From positions 43,338,001-43,402,000 of the forward strand of contig NC_082721.1 of NCBI RefSeq assembly GCF_030144855.1: a stretch of DNA of 64,000 nucleotides, read 5' to 3'. The translations under genes and the position numbers were made by a program. Positions 38,201 to 48,580 of this stretch are shown here, piece by piece. The DNA comes from Hypanus sabinus (lineage: Eukaryota). Position 1 is the stretch's first letter. Every line of letters starts with the position of its first letter. The notes beneath the pieces were generated by a model. It saw nothing but the letters and a program-made list of their open reading frames with translations, was not told the DNA's origin and searched no databases.

Positions 38201-39071
38201 CGCTTCGCATCTTTTCAACAGCTCTATGCTGTTCAATCTGCCCAATGCTCATTTTTTTAGGTATCTCCAAATTAGACACTTTATTAATCCTTTAATTCCT
38301 AACTTCCCTGAAATGCCTGAGAAAAATGTTATGGATTTATTTTTTTCTATTAATCCACTAGGTAAAGGTTTAATATCATTTATTCGTGATAAATTAGCAT
38401 CCTTACGGCGTGCCCCTGTGGATAAAATTAGAATGGCTTGGGAGCATGATTTAAATATCTCCTTATCTGGTGAGACTTGGGACTCGATTCTCAAATCGGT
38501 TAATTCAACCTCTCTTTGTGCTTGCCATTGCCTTTTACAGTTTAAGATTGTTAATAGAGCCCATATGTCTAAATCTAAACTATCTCAATTTTACCCTAAC
38601 ATTAGTCCTCTCTGTGATAAATGCAAAAGGGGCGAGGCCTCTCTCATTCATATGTACTGGTTTTGTCCTAGCTTGGAGAAATTTTGGAAAGATGTCTTCA
38701 TAACGTTATCTTATATTTTGAATCACCACCTAGAACCTAACCCTTTAATTGCTTTGTTTGGTTTTTTGGGTGAGACAGATTTACGTCTGAGTTCGACCAA
38801 GTGTCGAATATTATCCTTTGCTTCTCTCCTGGCTAGACGTTTAATCCTCCTTAGATGGAGAGATGTTTCCCCGCCCATGCATGCTCAATGGCTTAATGAT
38901 ATTATGTCCTGCTTAGACCTTGAAAAAATTCATTATTCAGTTCTTAATTCAGATACAAAGTTCCATAAGGTCTGGGGACCTTTTATTGAGTACTTTCATA
39001 ACCTTGTCTTAACTAAGATTTTTTTTTCGGTCCCTTGCTTTGAGCTCCTTTTTTTTGGTAGTAGGCATTAA
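35232..39071 (+). pseudogene. L1 ORF2 (APE endonuclease, RT, Cys-rich C-terminus), frameshifted
   Basis: FVSWNVKGL, SRIDYF-like TRIDYFL, SDHAPI, KSPGPDGF, GTRQGCPLSP, SLYADD and CDKCKRGEASLIHMYWFC. Confidence 0.9.
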
Positions 39072-39834
39072 TATCTTCTGTTGCTAACTGTATTTACAGT
39101 TTTGGGGGTTTGAATGCCCTGATTTATACTCTCTATATTGTGTTGTGGTTGATCTGGAGTTCTTTTTTGTTGCAGGGCTTGGTGAGGATACTAATTTTAC
39201 ATATCTTCAATTTGGGTACTTTCTCAATGATCTTTTTTTGTATTATATTATTATTGTATGTTTATTTTTGCACTGTATTAATGTTCTTCATTTCGATCTG
39301 GGTTTTTTTTTATCTGTAGCGATGTAGAAAATGTATAAAAAATCTAATAATAAAAAAAGAAAAACAAATTATGCCAAATGTGCAAATGTAAATTATGCAT
39401 ATGGCAGCAAGAACAACATTTCCCCTTACCCCAGCAGTACCGCGTGCAAGATAAATCAAAAGAAATTGCGTAAACAGCAATAAGAATGAATGGATGAAAA
39501 CAGAATATAACACACAAAACTGAAAGAGTCAAGTTGAACTGCAGTCTATTCTATAAATCACCCATCCAGAACATCAATACTATCCTCTGACAATATAGAG
39601 GAGAGAGTCCATTTGAACTCAGGGTCCTTCCTTTCTGAGCAGCGAGTGAGAGGCTGTCACATGCAGACACCTTCTCCAGCAACAGAAAGTGAAAAGCTGC
39701 TCTTGGTCTCTGAACATTTGCTTGACTTCAGGTTCCTCCAATTTCCATCCAGTCTAAAGGTGTACAGGTTCTAATCAATCAGCCCCAAAACCTGGGCCTC
39801 CTTATTTCACTCTTCAACTGGACTAGAAAGATAG

Positions 39835-42790
39835 AAAGTCTACAAAACAATACAGCCCTTTTGGCCAATAAAGCTGTGCCGAACATGTCCTTACTTGAGA
39901 AATTACCTAGGGCTACCCATAGCCCTCTATTTTTCTAAGCTCCAAGTACCTATCCAAGAGTCTCTTAAAAGACCCTATCGTTTCTGCCTCCACCACCACA
40001 GCCGGCAGAGCATTCCATGCACTCAACACTCCTATGTAAAAAAACTTATCGCGACATCTCCTCTGTACCTACTTCCAAGCACCTTAAATCTATGCCCTCT
40101 CATGCTAGCCATTTCAGCCCTGGGAAAAAGCCTCTTATTATCGGCATGATCAATGCCTCTCATTATTTTATACATCTCTATCAGGTCACCTCTTCCGTTG
40201 CTCCAAGGAGAAAAGGCCAAGTTCACTCAACCTATGCTCATAAGGCATACCCCCCAATCCAGGCAACATCTTTGTATATCTCCTCTGCACTGTTTCTGTA
40301 GTTTCCACATTATTCCTGTAGTGAGGCAACCAGAAATGAGCACAGTACTCCAAGTGGGGTCTGATCAGGGACATCTATAGCTGCAACATCACCTCTCAAC
40401 TTCTGAACTCAATCTCATGATTGATTATTATTAAGCACAGAGTCAACCTTCTTAGCAGCTGTGAGTGACTTATGGACTTGGACCACAAGATCCCTACATA
40501 CTGCTTAGAGTCTTACCTTTAATACTATATTGTGTCATTATATTTGACCTACCAAAATGAACCACCTCACAGTTATCTGGGTTGAAATCCATCTGCCACT
40601 TCTCAGCCCAGTTTTCCATCCTATCAATGTCCTGCTGTAACCTCTGACAACCCTCCACACTATCCACAGTACCCCCAACCTTTGTGTTATCAGCAAATTT
40701 ATTAACCCATCTCGCCACGTCCTCATCCAGGTTGATTATAAAAATCATGAAGATTAAGGATCCCAGAATAGATCCCTGAGGCACAGCCCTGGTCACCCAC
40801 CTCCATGCAGAATATGACCCATCTACAACCACTCTTTGCCTTTGTGGGCAAGCCAATTCTGGATCCACAAAGCAATATCCCCTTGGATTCCATGCTTCCA
40901 TGCTTTCTTAATAAGCCTTACATGGGGTACCTTATCAAATGCCTTACTAAAATCCATACACGCTACATCTACTGCTCTACCTTCATCAATGTGTTTAGTC
41001 ACATCCTTAAAAAATTCAGTCAGGCTTGTAAGGCATGATCTGCCGTTGACAAAACCATGCTAACTATTCCTAATTATATCATGCCTCCCCAAATGTTCAT
41101 AAATGCTGCCTCTCAGGATCTTTTCCATCAACTTACCAACTACTGAAGTAAGACTCACAGGTCTGTAATTTCCTTGGCTATCTCTACACCCTTTCTTGAA
41201 TAAAGGAACAACATCCGCAACGCTTCAAACATCTGGAGCCTCTCCTGCCCCAATTGATGGTGGAAAAATCATCGCCAGAGGCTCAGCAATCTTCTCCCTC
41301 ACCTCACACAGTAGCCTGGGGTACATTTCGTCCAGCCCCGGTGAATTATCCAACTTGATGTTTTGCAAGAGCTCCAGCATATCCTCTTCCTTAATATCTA
41401 AATGCTCAAGCTTTTCAGTCCACTATAAGTCATCCCTACAATCGCCAAGATCATTTTCTGTATTGAATACTGAAGCAAAGTATTCATTAAGTACTTCTGG
41501 TATCTTCTCCGGCTCCATAGACACTTTTCCACTCTCATGCTTGATTGGTCCCATTCATTCATCGTTTATCCTCTTGCTTTTCACATAGTTGTAGAATGCC
41601 ATGGGATTTTCCTTAATCTTGTCCACAAAGGCCTTCTCATGGCTCCTTCTGGCTCTCCTGATTTAATTATGAAGCTTCTTCCTGCTGGCCTTATAACCTT
41701 CAATATCTCTATCATTACCAGGTGTACAATGTACTGTGTATGTTAATCAAAATTGCTTCTTTGTATGATAAGTGCTTTCTCTCGCAGTTGTTTAGCTTTA
41801 GACTTGCTGATATCGGGATTGTATTCATTTGTTGACCAATGGGGAAAGTTATTTTGTCTTGTGGGTGTGGGAGCGGGGTTTCGCGGTCTTTTCAGTGGAG
41901 TCGGGAAGAAGACGCTGAGGAAGGTGGACGTGCGCTGCACTGCTCGGTCGATCACCCGGGTGGTCCCAGGTGCGAGGACGTGGAGGTCGGAGGAAAGTGA
42001 CGAGGGGTCGAATGGTTCGATGGTTGCGCTCCAACGATGTGCATTAAACTGACTGAACTTTGATAAGTTGGCACCTTTTACTTTATTTTCTTTTCCTTCA
42101 AATATATTGTATTGCATAGTACTCTTTTAGTTTTAGTAAAATCTTTAAAGTGTATTCCGTAACGGTATCTGGTGTGAGTTTGCTATGGTGTGTGTGCGCG
42201 CGTGGCATAAACTTGACTCCCACAGCACCTACGTGTACGGGAGGAGAGGTTGGTGAGTGGCTGGATCTCCTTTTCCCCTAGACATATACCAGCCTGTTGG
42301 GGAGGTGTTACACTAGTTTATTGAACCTTTTGTAAGCTTTTTTCTTCTTGACTAGATTTACAACAACCTTTGTACACCACGGTTCCTGTACCCTACCATG
42401 CTGTCTCATTGGAATGTACCTATGCAGAACTCCACGCAAATATCCCCTGAACATTTGCTACTTTTCTGCTGTATATTTCTCTGAGAACATCTGTTCCCAA
42501 TTTATGCATTCAGGTTCCTGCCTGATAGCCTCAGATTTCCCCTTACTCCAATTAAAAGCTTTGCTAATCTGTCTGTTCCTATCCCTCTCCAATGCTATGG
42601 TAAAGGAGATAGAAGTATGATCAAAATCTCCAAAATGCTCTCCCACTGAGAAATCGGACACCTGACCGGGTTCATTTCCCAGTACCAGATCAAGTTGTAG
42701 GCTTCTTGGGTTCCTCAATAGAAGACCACTGTCTTTGCAGATTAGAAATAAGGTCTCCTCCTCACTGTCAATCAACACTGGTCCACCTCG
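39835..42790 (-). mobile_element. CR1 LINE (endonuclease-RT), degenerate, interrupted by an LTR
   Basis: VPQGSILGSLIFMIFI, KFADNTKVGG and LDLVLGNEPGQV motifs; CR1 tail at the 39835 end. Confidence 0.85.
41723..42312. mobile_element. Probable solo LTR nested in CR1
   Basis: TGTAC...GTGTTACA ends, CpG-rich and non-coding; the CR1 sequence resumes on both sides; TSD is imperfect. Confidence 0.55.
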
Positions 42791-43310
42791 AGGATGAGTT
42801 CTTAGTCACTGCACTACTCTCTCTACACTCATGACTGTATGGCTGAGCACAGCTTAAATGCATGCATAAATTTACGGATTACACAGCTATTGCTTGCTGA
42901 ATTTCAGACAGTTATGTTAAGGCATGCAAAAGCAACATTGGCTGGTTGAGTGGTGTTGCAGCAGCAATCTTGTACACATTATCAGCAGGACCAAGGAATT
43001 GATTGCAAACTTCAGGGAGGGGAAGTCGAGGGATCACATACCAGTCGTCATTGACTGATCAGCAGTGGTAAGTTTGAGCAATTTGAAGTTCCTGTGTTTC
43101 AAGATCTTGGCCCATCATATTGATGAAATTTTAAAGAAGCTATATTTCATTAGAGGTTTGAGACTAATTCGCATGATACCAAACACACTCGCAAATTTCT
43201 ACAGATGTAATGATGAGAGCTTTCTGTCTGGTTCTATTACAAAAAGGTTTGGATGGGCCACTGCACAAGATCAGAAAAAGCTACAAAAATTTGTAAACTC
43301 TGGTGTATAT
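42790..43310 (+). mobile_element. Rex1/Babar-like LINE fragment
   Basis: Closely similar to 21900-22420 (WCCSSNL, RMIPNTLANFYRC). Confidence 0.65.
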
Positions 43311-43344
43311 GTGTGTGTGTGTGTGTGTGGCAGAGAGAGAGAGA
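43311..43344 (+). repeat. Compound (GT)n/(GA)n microsatellite; CT-rich tract at about 43540-43670
   Basis: Directly visible in the sequence. Confidence 0.9.
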
Positions 43345-44535
43345 CCAAGAAAGCAGGGACAGCTGTAACAGGGGAAGTTTACAAGGGAGAAGAGGACAGC
43401 GAGGGGAGGGAGGTGAATGTTGTGTGAAATGAGAGTGAGGATATAAAGATGAAATTCCAGCTGCACCAGCATGGCCGGGTTCTGATCCTACCTCTTCTCT
43501 TTAAGCAATTTAGCCCCCCTCTCATCTGCTTTCCTTATTGCTCTTCAGTCTCCTGGGCTTTTTCCATCATCTCACCTTCGCTATCAGCTGTTCCCCTCTC
43601 TCTATCCATCTCTCACTCTTTCTTTCTATATCTCTCTTTCTCTTACTCATACAATGTTCTTCTCTCTGCCACCAAATCTTCTGCTTCTCAAACGAAGAAC
43701 AGCAGGCGTGTAGTCATTACTTGAAATCCCCCTCTTTAATCACCAAGTGTTGACCAGACTTTCATTGAGGTAGCGCGAAATAGGTGAGTGGAGGTAGACT
43801 CGCAGCCCAGAAGCGAGATGGTGGGGAGGGAGGTGAAGGATTAAAGTAGGGTTCGGGAAGTAAATATAATGCCGCTGCCAGAGGAGAAAGATTGAGGGGT
43901 CAGCCTGAGATGCATTGATCGGGATAGAGTTCGGTTGCAAAGGGAAGCAGAGAGGGTGAGAGTGCGGCTGAGACGGTAGGGGAAGGGGAATCAGGAACTA
44001 ATGTGAAACAAATGCTTAACTATTCTGTCTCTGTGCTCTTGCACCCCAACGCCGTCGCCCAAGAGATGGTTGAGTAACAGCTTTTAAACTTCTGTTTGGG
44101 CAATTTTCATCCCTTATAATCCAATTATTTCAGAAAACCAGACTTCCCAATTTGTCGGTATCGGTGATTACTACCGGAACCTCACTATCCCAGAACATAG
44201 CTACAATTTATCCCTCTCTCCACCAAAAGTACTCCAGAACCTGAATATTTGCAGGCATGCTAAATTTATTTCCTTCATTAAACTTCCCAAAACCACCTGT
44301 TGCCATCGCAGCCTTACAGGAAACCCACCACGCTGTCCTCAGTGGGACTTGCCGTCCTGTTTTTACAGTATTCGGTGTTCAAGGTTGCTGAAGAGAAACT
44401 TCAGGAAACCAGGACACGAACCAGACCGGGGAGATGCATGTCCTTTTTCCACGCTCCCCCAACTCGGTGTCAGAATATGATGAACTCGAAAGATGACAAA
44501 ACGCACACATGGAAATCATTCCTGCACTGATCATG

Positions 44536-44541
44536 TTTATT
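44536..44541 (-). other. Candidate polyadenylation signal of the IgL gene
   Basis: First AATAAA on the minus strand after the C stop, about 355 bp downstream. A second one lies at 44265-44270. Confidence 0.55.
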
Positions 44542-44894
44542 TGTAGTTAGTTACCGTTACCTTCAATTAGTCTGAAACTGAGGACGAATCACAAAATCAC
44601 TCGTTAATTATTCGTATTAATCCAAACCCCGGTGCCAGAGAATACCATTCACTGTGTGAAATTTCCAGAATACAAGTAACTGTCCACTTTAACACCGCGT
44701 AGCCTCTCCATAGGAAAAGAAACAAAATCAGCCTAAAATCAGGGTACAAATATTCCAACATCAAAATGGAAACTACAGCGAGCGGAACAAAAGGGAAGTA
44801 CAGGGATGAGCGAGTAAGAGTGGTCGAGGTGAAAGATACATAGCGGTGATCTCCTGTTAATCAGGGAACAAACAAGGCCGAAGCCGCTCTCTGT

Positions 44895-45217
44895 TTAACA
44901 GCTGGATTGTGTGACTGTTGCGGATATTGTCGAGGCTGCTCCTTGTTGAACTGAGCAGGAGTACCTCTTCCCACTGCTCCAGTCTGCGCCGGGCACCGTC
45001 AGGTAGCTGCTGAGACTGAAGGTTTTGTCCGCGTTCTGAGTCACCCCGCTGGTTTGCACCTCACTGCTCGTCGGACTCCCGTTCACTGTCCAGCTGACGA
45101 CAGGGAAGCCCATCGACAATTTACTGACCAGGCAAACTAAGGTGCCCGATTCTTTAGCGGAGATCTCCTCGGCTGACGGCCCAAGCAGTTTCACTGAAGG
45201 GTCCAGGATGTACTGAT
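44895..45217 (-). CDS. IgL constant-domain exon (C1-set), intact
   Basis: Acceptor GTTCATGTTGCAG|AT, phase 1. Reads QYILDPSVKLLGPSAEEISAKESGTLVCLVSKLSMGFPVVSWTVNG...FSLSSYLTVPGADWSSGKRYSCSVQQGAASTISATVTQSSC*. It has both domain cysteines, the core Trp and the terminal Cys that bonds to heavy chain. Confidence 0.95.
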
Positions 45218-46268
45218 CTGCAACATGAACAAGAGAAGACGTGTTTAAAATGAACAGAAGACCTCACGTTATTTCACACTTTAACGGAAGCTCAAGTTAA
45301 ACATTCCAGCTTCGTAGAGTTGGCCAACTATCTCATGGAGGGACGGGGATGGGTGCAGGGGACCAGGGGGAGGTAGAGATAGGGAGTTGTATCGGGTCGG
45401 GAGAAGAACACTTCATGTTTGTCAACTAGAAATCTACTCCAACCGGTGAGACTGTGAGGCTCTGAGTCTTTCACAGAATTGAGAGACACACTGACATCGA
45501 AATGCCCCATAGTAGTTTCATGTGCCCACTCTCTGTGCTATCAGCCCCTTTAGCAATCTCGTTAGAGGTCTCTGAGCCTAGTATGTAAGTGCGCGGTAGG
45601 GCCGTGTTTATTTTGTTGAGTCCATTCTCAGTTCTTGACACAAGATAGGAGAGGCCATTAATAGTTGCTGAGCGCTGTATTTCACGTTCCTCAACTACCC
45701 TCCGCCCTACCCACCATCAGAAATGGACCGGCTGCTGGCGGGGGAATAAACACAAGCTACAATCTGCCTTCCCCCCACTGGGCGGAGGCAGCAAAACAGT
45801 GTTCTGATCTTCAAAGAGAGGGGCAGGGTAGATCGCTCTGTGATTTGGGATGATGTGAGGGATTTTGCTCCCACTCACCGTGGTGTTGGGGAGGTTAGAT
45901 TCTCCGCAGAACGGAATTTCTGATCATCGTCGGTGCAGCGGCCTGGATCATTGAAAAGGAGCAGCGCAGAGGGGCACACGTGGCAGGGGAGGAGGCAAGG
46001 ACTGGGCAGTGGGAGAGCGTCTCTCAATGGATGGGTGCAGGAGGAGAGTTTGTACGAAAGGATAACCGAAAAGAGAAATGCTTCATTAAAAGTCGGCAAC
46101 ACTTCGCCAATCTGCACTCTATCGAGAAATACTGGACACGGAATATGATTTGATTGTAAATCAACATTTCCCACTGTAAAATTCACAGGTAATAATAACG
46201 TTACAATTATTAATGCCAATGACCGTATTTATGCCGTGGTTATTCAGGATATAATTCCCGTCACTTAA

Positions 46269-46624
46269 CTGCAACAAAGAGTTTTGTCCCTGGGCCGAAC
46301 ACGACATTATTGATCGATGAAACCCACTTTCCGCAGTAATAGAGAGCAGCGTCACTCATCTCCACATTCTTTATGATCAGATGGTAAACGATGCCGGCGC
46401 TGTCGATTGTCGATGTGAAACGGTCGCTGCCAAACCCAGGGCCGTAGTTTGGGCGACTCCACCAATGATGGTGATAGAGCACCAACTGTGGACCTGTTCC
46501 CGGTGTCTGTTTATACCAGCCAACTTCATGGTTATCCTTTGTCCGATGTTACAATTCAGCGTGGCCGTGGATCCTGGACTCACCGACACGGTCGGAGGTT
46601 GAGTCAGACTCTGGGATTCTCCAG
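46269..46624 (-). pseudogene. Pre-joined VJ exon of a sigma-like light chain, frameshifted
   Basis: Reads GESQSLTQPPTVSVSPGSTATLNCNIGQ, then after a frame change DNHEVGWYKQTPGTGPQLVLYHHHWWSRPNYGPGFGSDRFTSTIDSAGIVYHLIIKNVEMSDAALYYCGKWVSSINNVVFGPGTKLFVA. Both Ig cysteines, WYKQ, YYC and FGxGT are present. The exon is 356 nt, one short of a multiple of 3. The long CDR2 with YGxGFxSxRFTST is sigma-like. Confidence 0.9.
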
Positions 46625-46727
46625 CTGTGAAAGAACAGGAATTCAACTTCAACAACTGACTCTTTAACGTGACCCCTAACCCCACCCCAGCAAACATAGG
46701 CGGTGCAGACTTGCTGCTTGTACTTAC

Positions 46728-46770
46728 AGCCCAGCCACATTGACAAACACCAGAAAAAAAGTGTCCGCAT
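46728..46770 (-). CDS. IgL leader (signal peptide) exon MRTLFFWCLSMWLG
   Basis: ATG at 46770, 43 nt long, ends GGC T|GTAAGT (perfect phase-1 donor). A 103-bp intron follows, ending TTCTTTCACAG. Confidence 0.9.
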
Positions 46771-46882
46771 TGTGGTTGCCGTCCGTTTCTTGCTTCCCTT
46801 CTGCCGGTGGATCTGTGATGGTTTGTGGCCGCCGCTGCCAATGGAACCCAGTTTTAGAGCCGTTCGTTCCCGGAGGAAATCC

Positions 46883-46892
46883 ATGCAAATCA
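46883..46892 (-). promoter_or_regulatory. Light-chain promoter decamer/octamer TGATTTGCAT
   Basis: Exact ATTTGCAT on the transcribed strand, 113 bp upstream of the ATG, in the light-chain orientation. A TATA-like CTAAAA lies at 46852-46857. Confidence 0.85.
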
Positions 46893-47589
46893 GGGTGAAT
46901 ACCACTGTCCAACCAGAGGAAGGGTCTGAAGCCCTCCCATTCACGGCACACGCCTCAGGGTTGAGGCGATGACACTATCAGTGACTGACATGTCCGTTCA
47001 AAACAACGTGCAGTTGAGCAGGTCGTTCATTGTCTGATATTTCCCATACTCTCCCTTCATTTTCCTGATTCCATCCCTCAGAGCTGAGATGCCTCTCACA
47101 TCTCTAGTAACAACAGGGCAGAAGGTGCAGACTTCCTGTTCCCACATCAGTTATTCAATATTGAGTTCAAACCCACCTTGGCACCCTCTCAGGGTTGTTG
47201 TTGTTTGAGCAGGTGTGGCCCATTCCTTGCTCCTCTAGCTTGGAAAACACCCGGGCCATCTTCTGGGAAGATTCTGGGAATTGAAGATGGAGCTAGGAAG
47301 ACTGTTCACAATTCACAGTCCTTGGAGAATCAAGGCAAAATCATACCTGTTGTGTAGTTAATATTCAGTATTCATTGTATAATCTTTTATTTATTTCAGT
47401 ACATACATAGTATAACTGAACATTATCATTTGTTTTAATAGATAATTATGAGAAATATGTATAGATACATGAACTGCATTGGTCAAAAAGCTCCACGTAA
47501 TAGATGCGCTCCTGGCTTAAAGTAAAACACAAAATTAGACTGATGTTTCGGACACCCGTGTCTTCTTTTGAATTAGTTTAAAAGTACAA

Positions 47590-48580
47590 AATGCCATCCT
47601 TGCTCTGGAAAGCATCTTAATGTGTGGTTGCCTCAGTATGTGCGTGGCACCTATGTACGTGGCTACCAAGTACCCTTTTTGAGGTTCTTTCTGTTCCCGG
47701 TGTTGTGAAGAATGTGTCTGGCCCCCTTACCGCATAATGCGTACTACCTTTCCTTTGTGGAAAAAGTTCTTCTAGATCAACACTTTTGACTATAGGCCCA
47801 TCAGTCAGTGGTCAAAACAGACCATCCTACAGACACCACAGTAAAAGGACTTGGTGTGTACAATGGGGTTATTCCCTGAGCCGACTTGTCAGAACCTCTC
47901 GCAGAACTTCTCATCGCCAGACCTCCTCATAAGGCACCAAGTACTTGCATGGCAAGTGGAGTGAGGGGCTCTCACAGTTAGATCCTTCATGTATGCCTGG
48001 AACATCAGTACAGCTGTGGGTTCTATGTGAGAGGACTCTTGTTGAGATCACACCGTCACTCCCTTCTTTGCGGACTGTGGGGTTATGAAGAAGTTATGAA
48101 GTAAAGTGCTAGGGTCTGCTTCACAGTTCATTCCGAGCAGTAGAATGCTGGGAAACTGTCTGATCTACAGACCATTCCCAGAGTCACATCGTGAGACAGA
48201 TTATCAAGTGCTGCTGAAAGATTATGAACTCGGTGAAATACACCCTTTAGACTGCACAAAAGCAGTTGGGCTGGTCATCGAGATGTTGATGGAGGAATGG
48301 TGTCAATAGGCACATTTCAGGCTGCAGGAGTACGTGCTGAGGATGCATTGAAGCTTGGTGCAGCCACCACAAGGGGTCGGTGGGGAAAGACCACAGTGCA
48401 GGGATAGGGAGGCGGCTGGTTTGATGAGAAGGCTCCTCAATTATTGCAGGAAGAATATGATCCAATGGGGCTACATAATTTGGAAAACACTTAATGCATT
48501 TTCTTAGAATAACAAGGCATTGCATGATTTACTCTTGTAAACATTTTAAATTAAGAATAAAGTTTATTTTGATAAAATAC
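47590..48580 (+). mobile_element. Tx1-like LINE 3' end
   Basis: Broken frames read YLSFVEK..TFDYRPISQWS, LAWQVVRGAL and RLQEYVLR..LKLGAATT; A-rich tail with AATAAA near 48560. Confidence 0.65.

Larger units (their letters stand above)
33442..39355 (+). mobile_element. Full-length L1 LINE (about 5.9 kb), ORFs disrupted
   Basis: 18-bp TSD AAAGAAAAACAAATTATG at 33424-33441 and 39356-39373; 5' GACTTCCGGTAAGATGGCG; A-rich tail; both ORF1 and ORF2 present. Confidence 0.95.
27750..39810 (+). repeat. Copy 3 of the triplicated unit (most complete; carries RTE, MITE and L1 insertions)
   Basis: Contains homologs of the blocks in copies 1 and 2 in the same order and orientation. Confidence 0.8.
44895..46770 (-). 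pseudogene. Immunoglobulin light-chain cluster (L - joined VJ - C), sigma/type IV-like; the VJ exon is disabled
   Basis: Three exons with GT/AG junctions in phase 1: leader 46728-46770, VJ 46269-46624, C 44895-45217. Octamer lies upstream and AATAAA downstream. VJ has a frameshift near 46538-46540 and a TTAAGT donor. Confidence 0.92.

Noticed and set aside
44650-44656. Perfect heptamer CACTGTG downstream of C
   Set aside because: No nonamer at 12 or 23 bp spacing.
45218-46268. Intronic enhancer motifs (CACGTG E-box near 45976, kB-like words)
   Set aside because: These are short motifs expected by chance, with no clustered pattern I can support.
46578-46584. Cryptic donor G|GTGAGT inside V framework 1 that might rescue splicing
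   Set aside because: It ends in phase 0 while C needs phase 1, so the product is out of frame. The same applies to GCA|GTTAAG at the J end.
46377-46944. Track ORFs 46377-46841 and 46549-46944 as separate proteins
   Set aside because: They are read-throughs of promoter, leader, intron and frameshifted V, explained by the exon structure.
47590-48580. Suspected 5' inversion (twin priming) in the Tx1 fragment
   Set aside because: On re-reading, both halves translate on the plus strand in the normal order.
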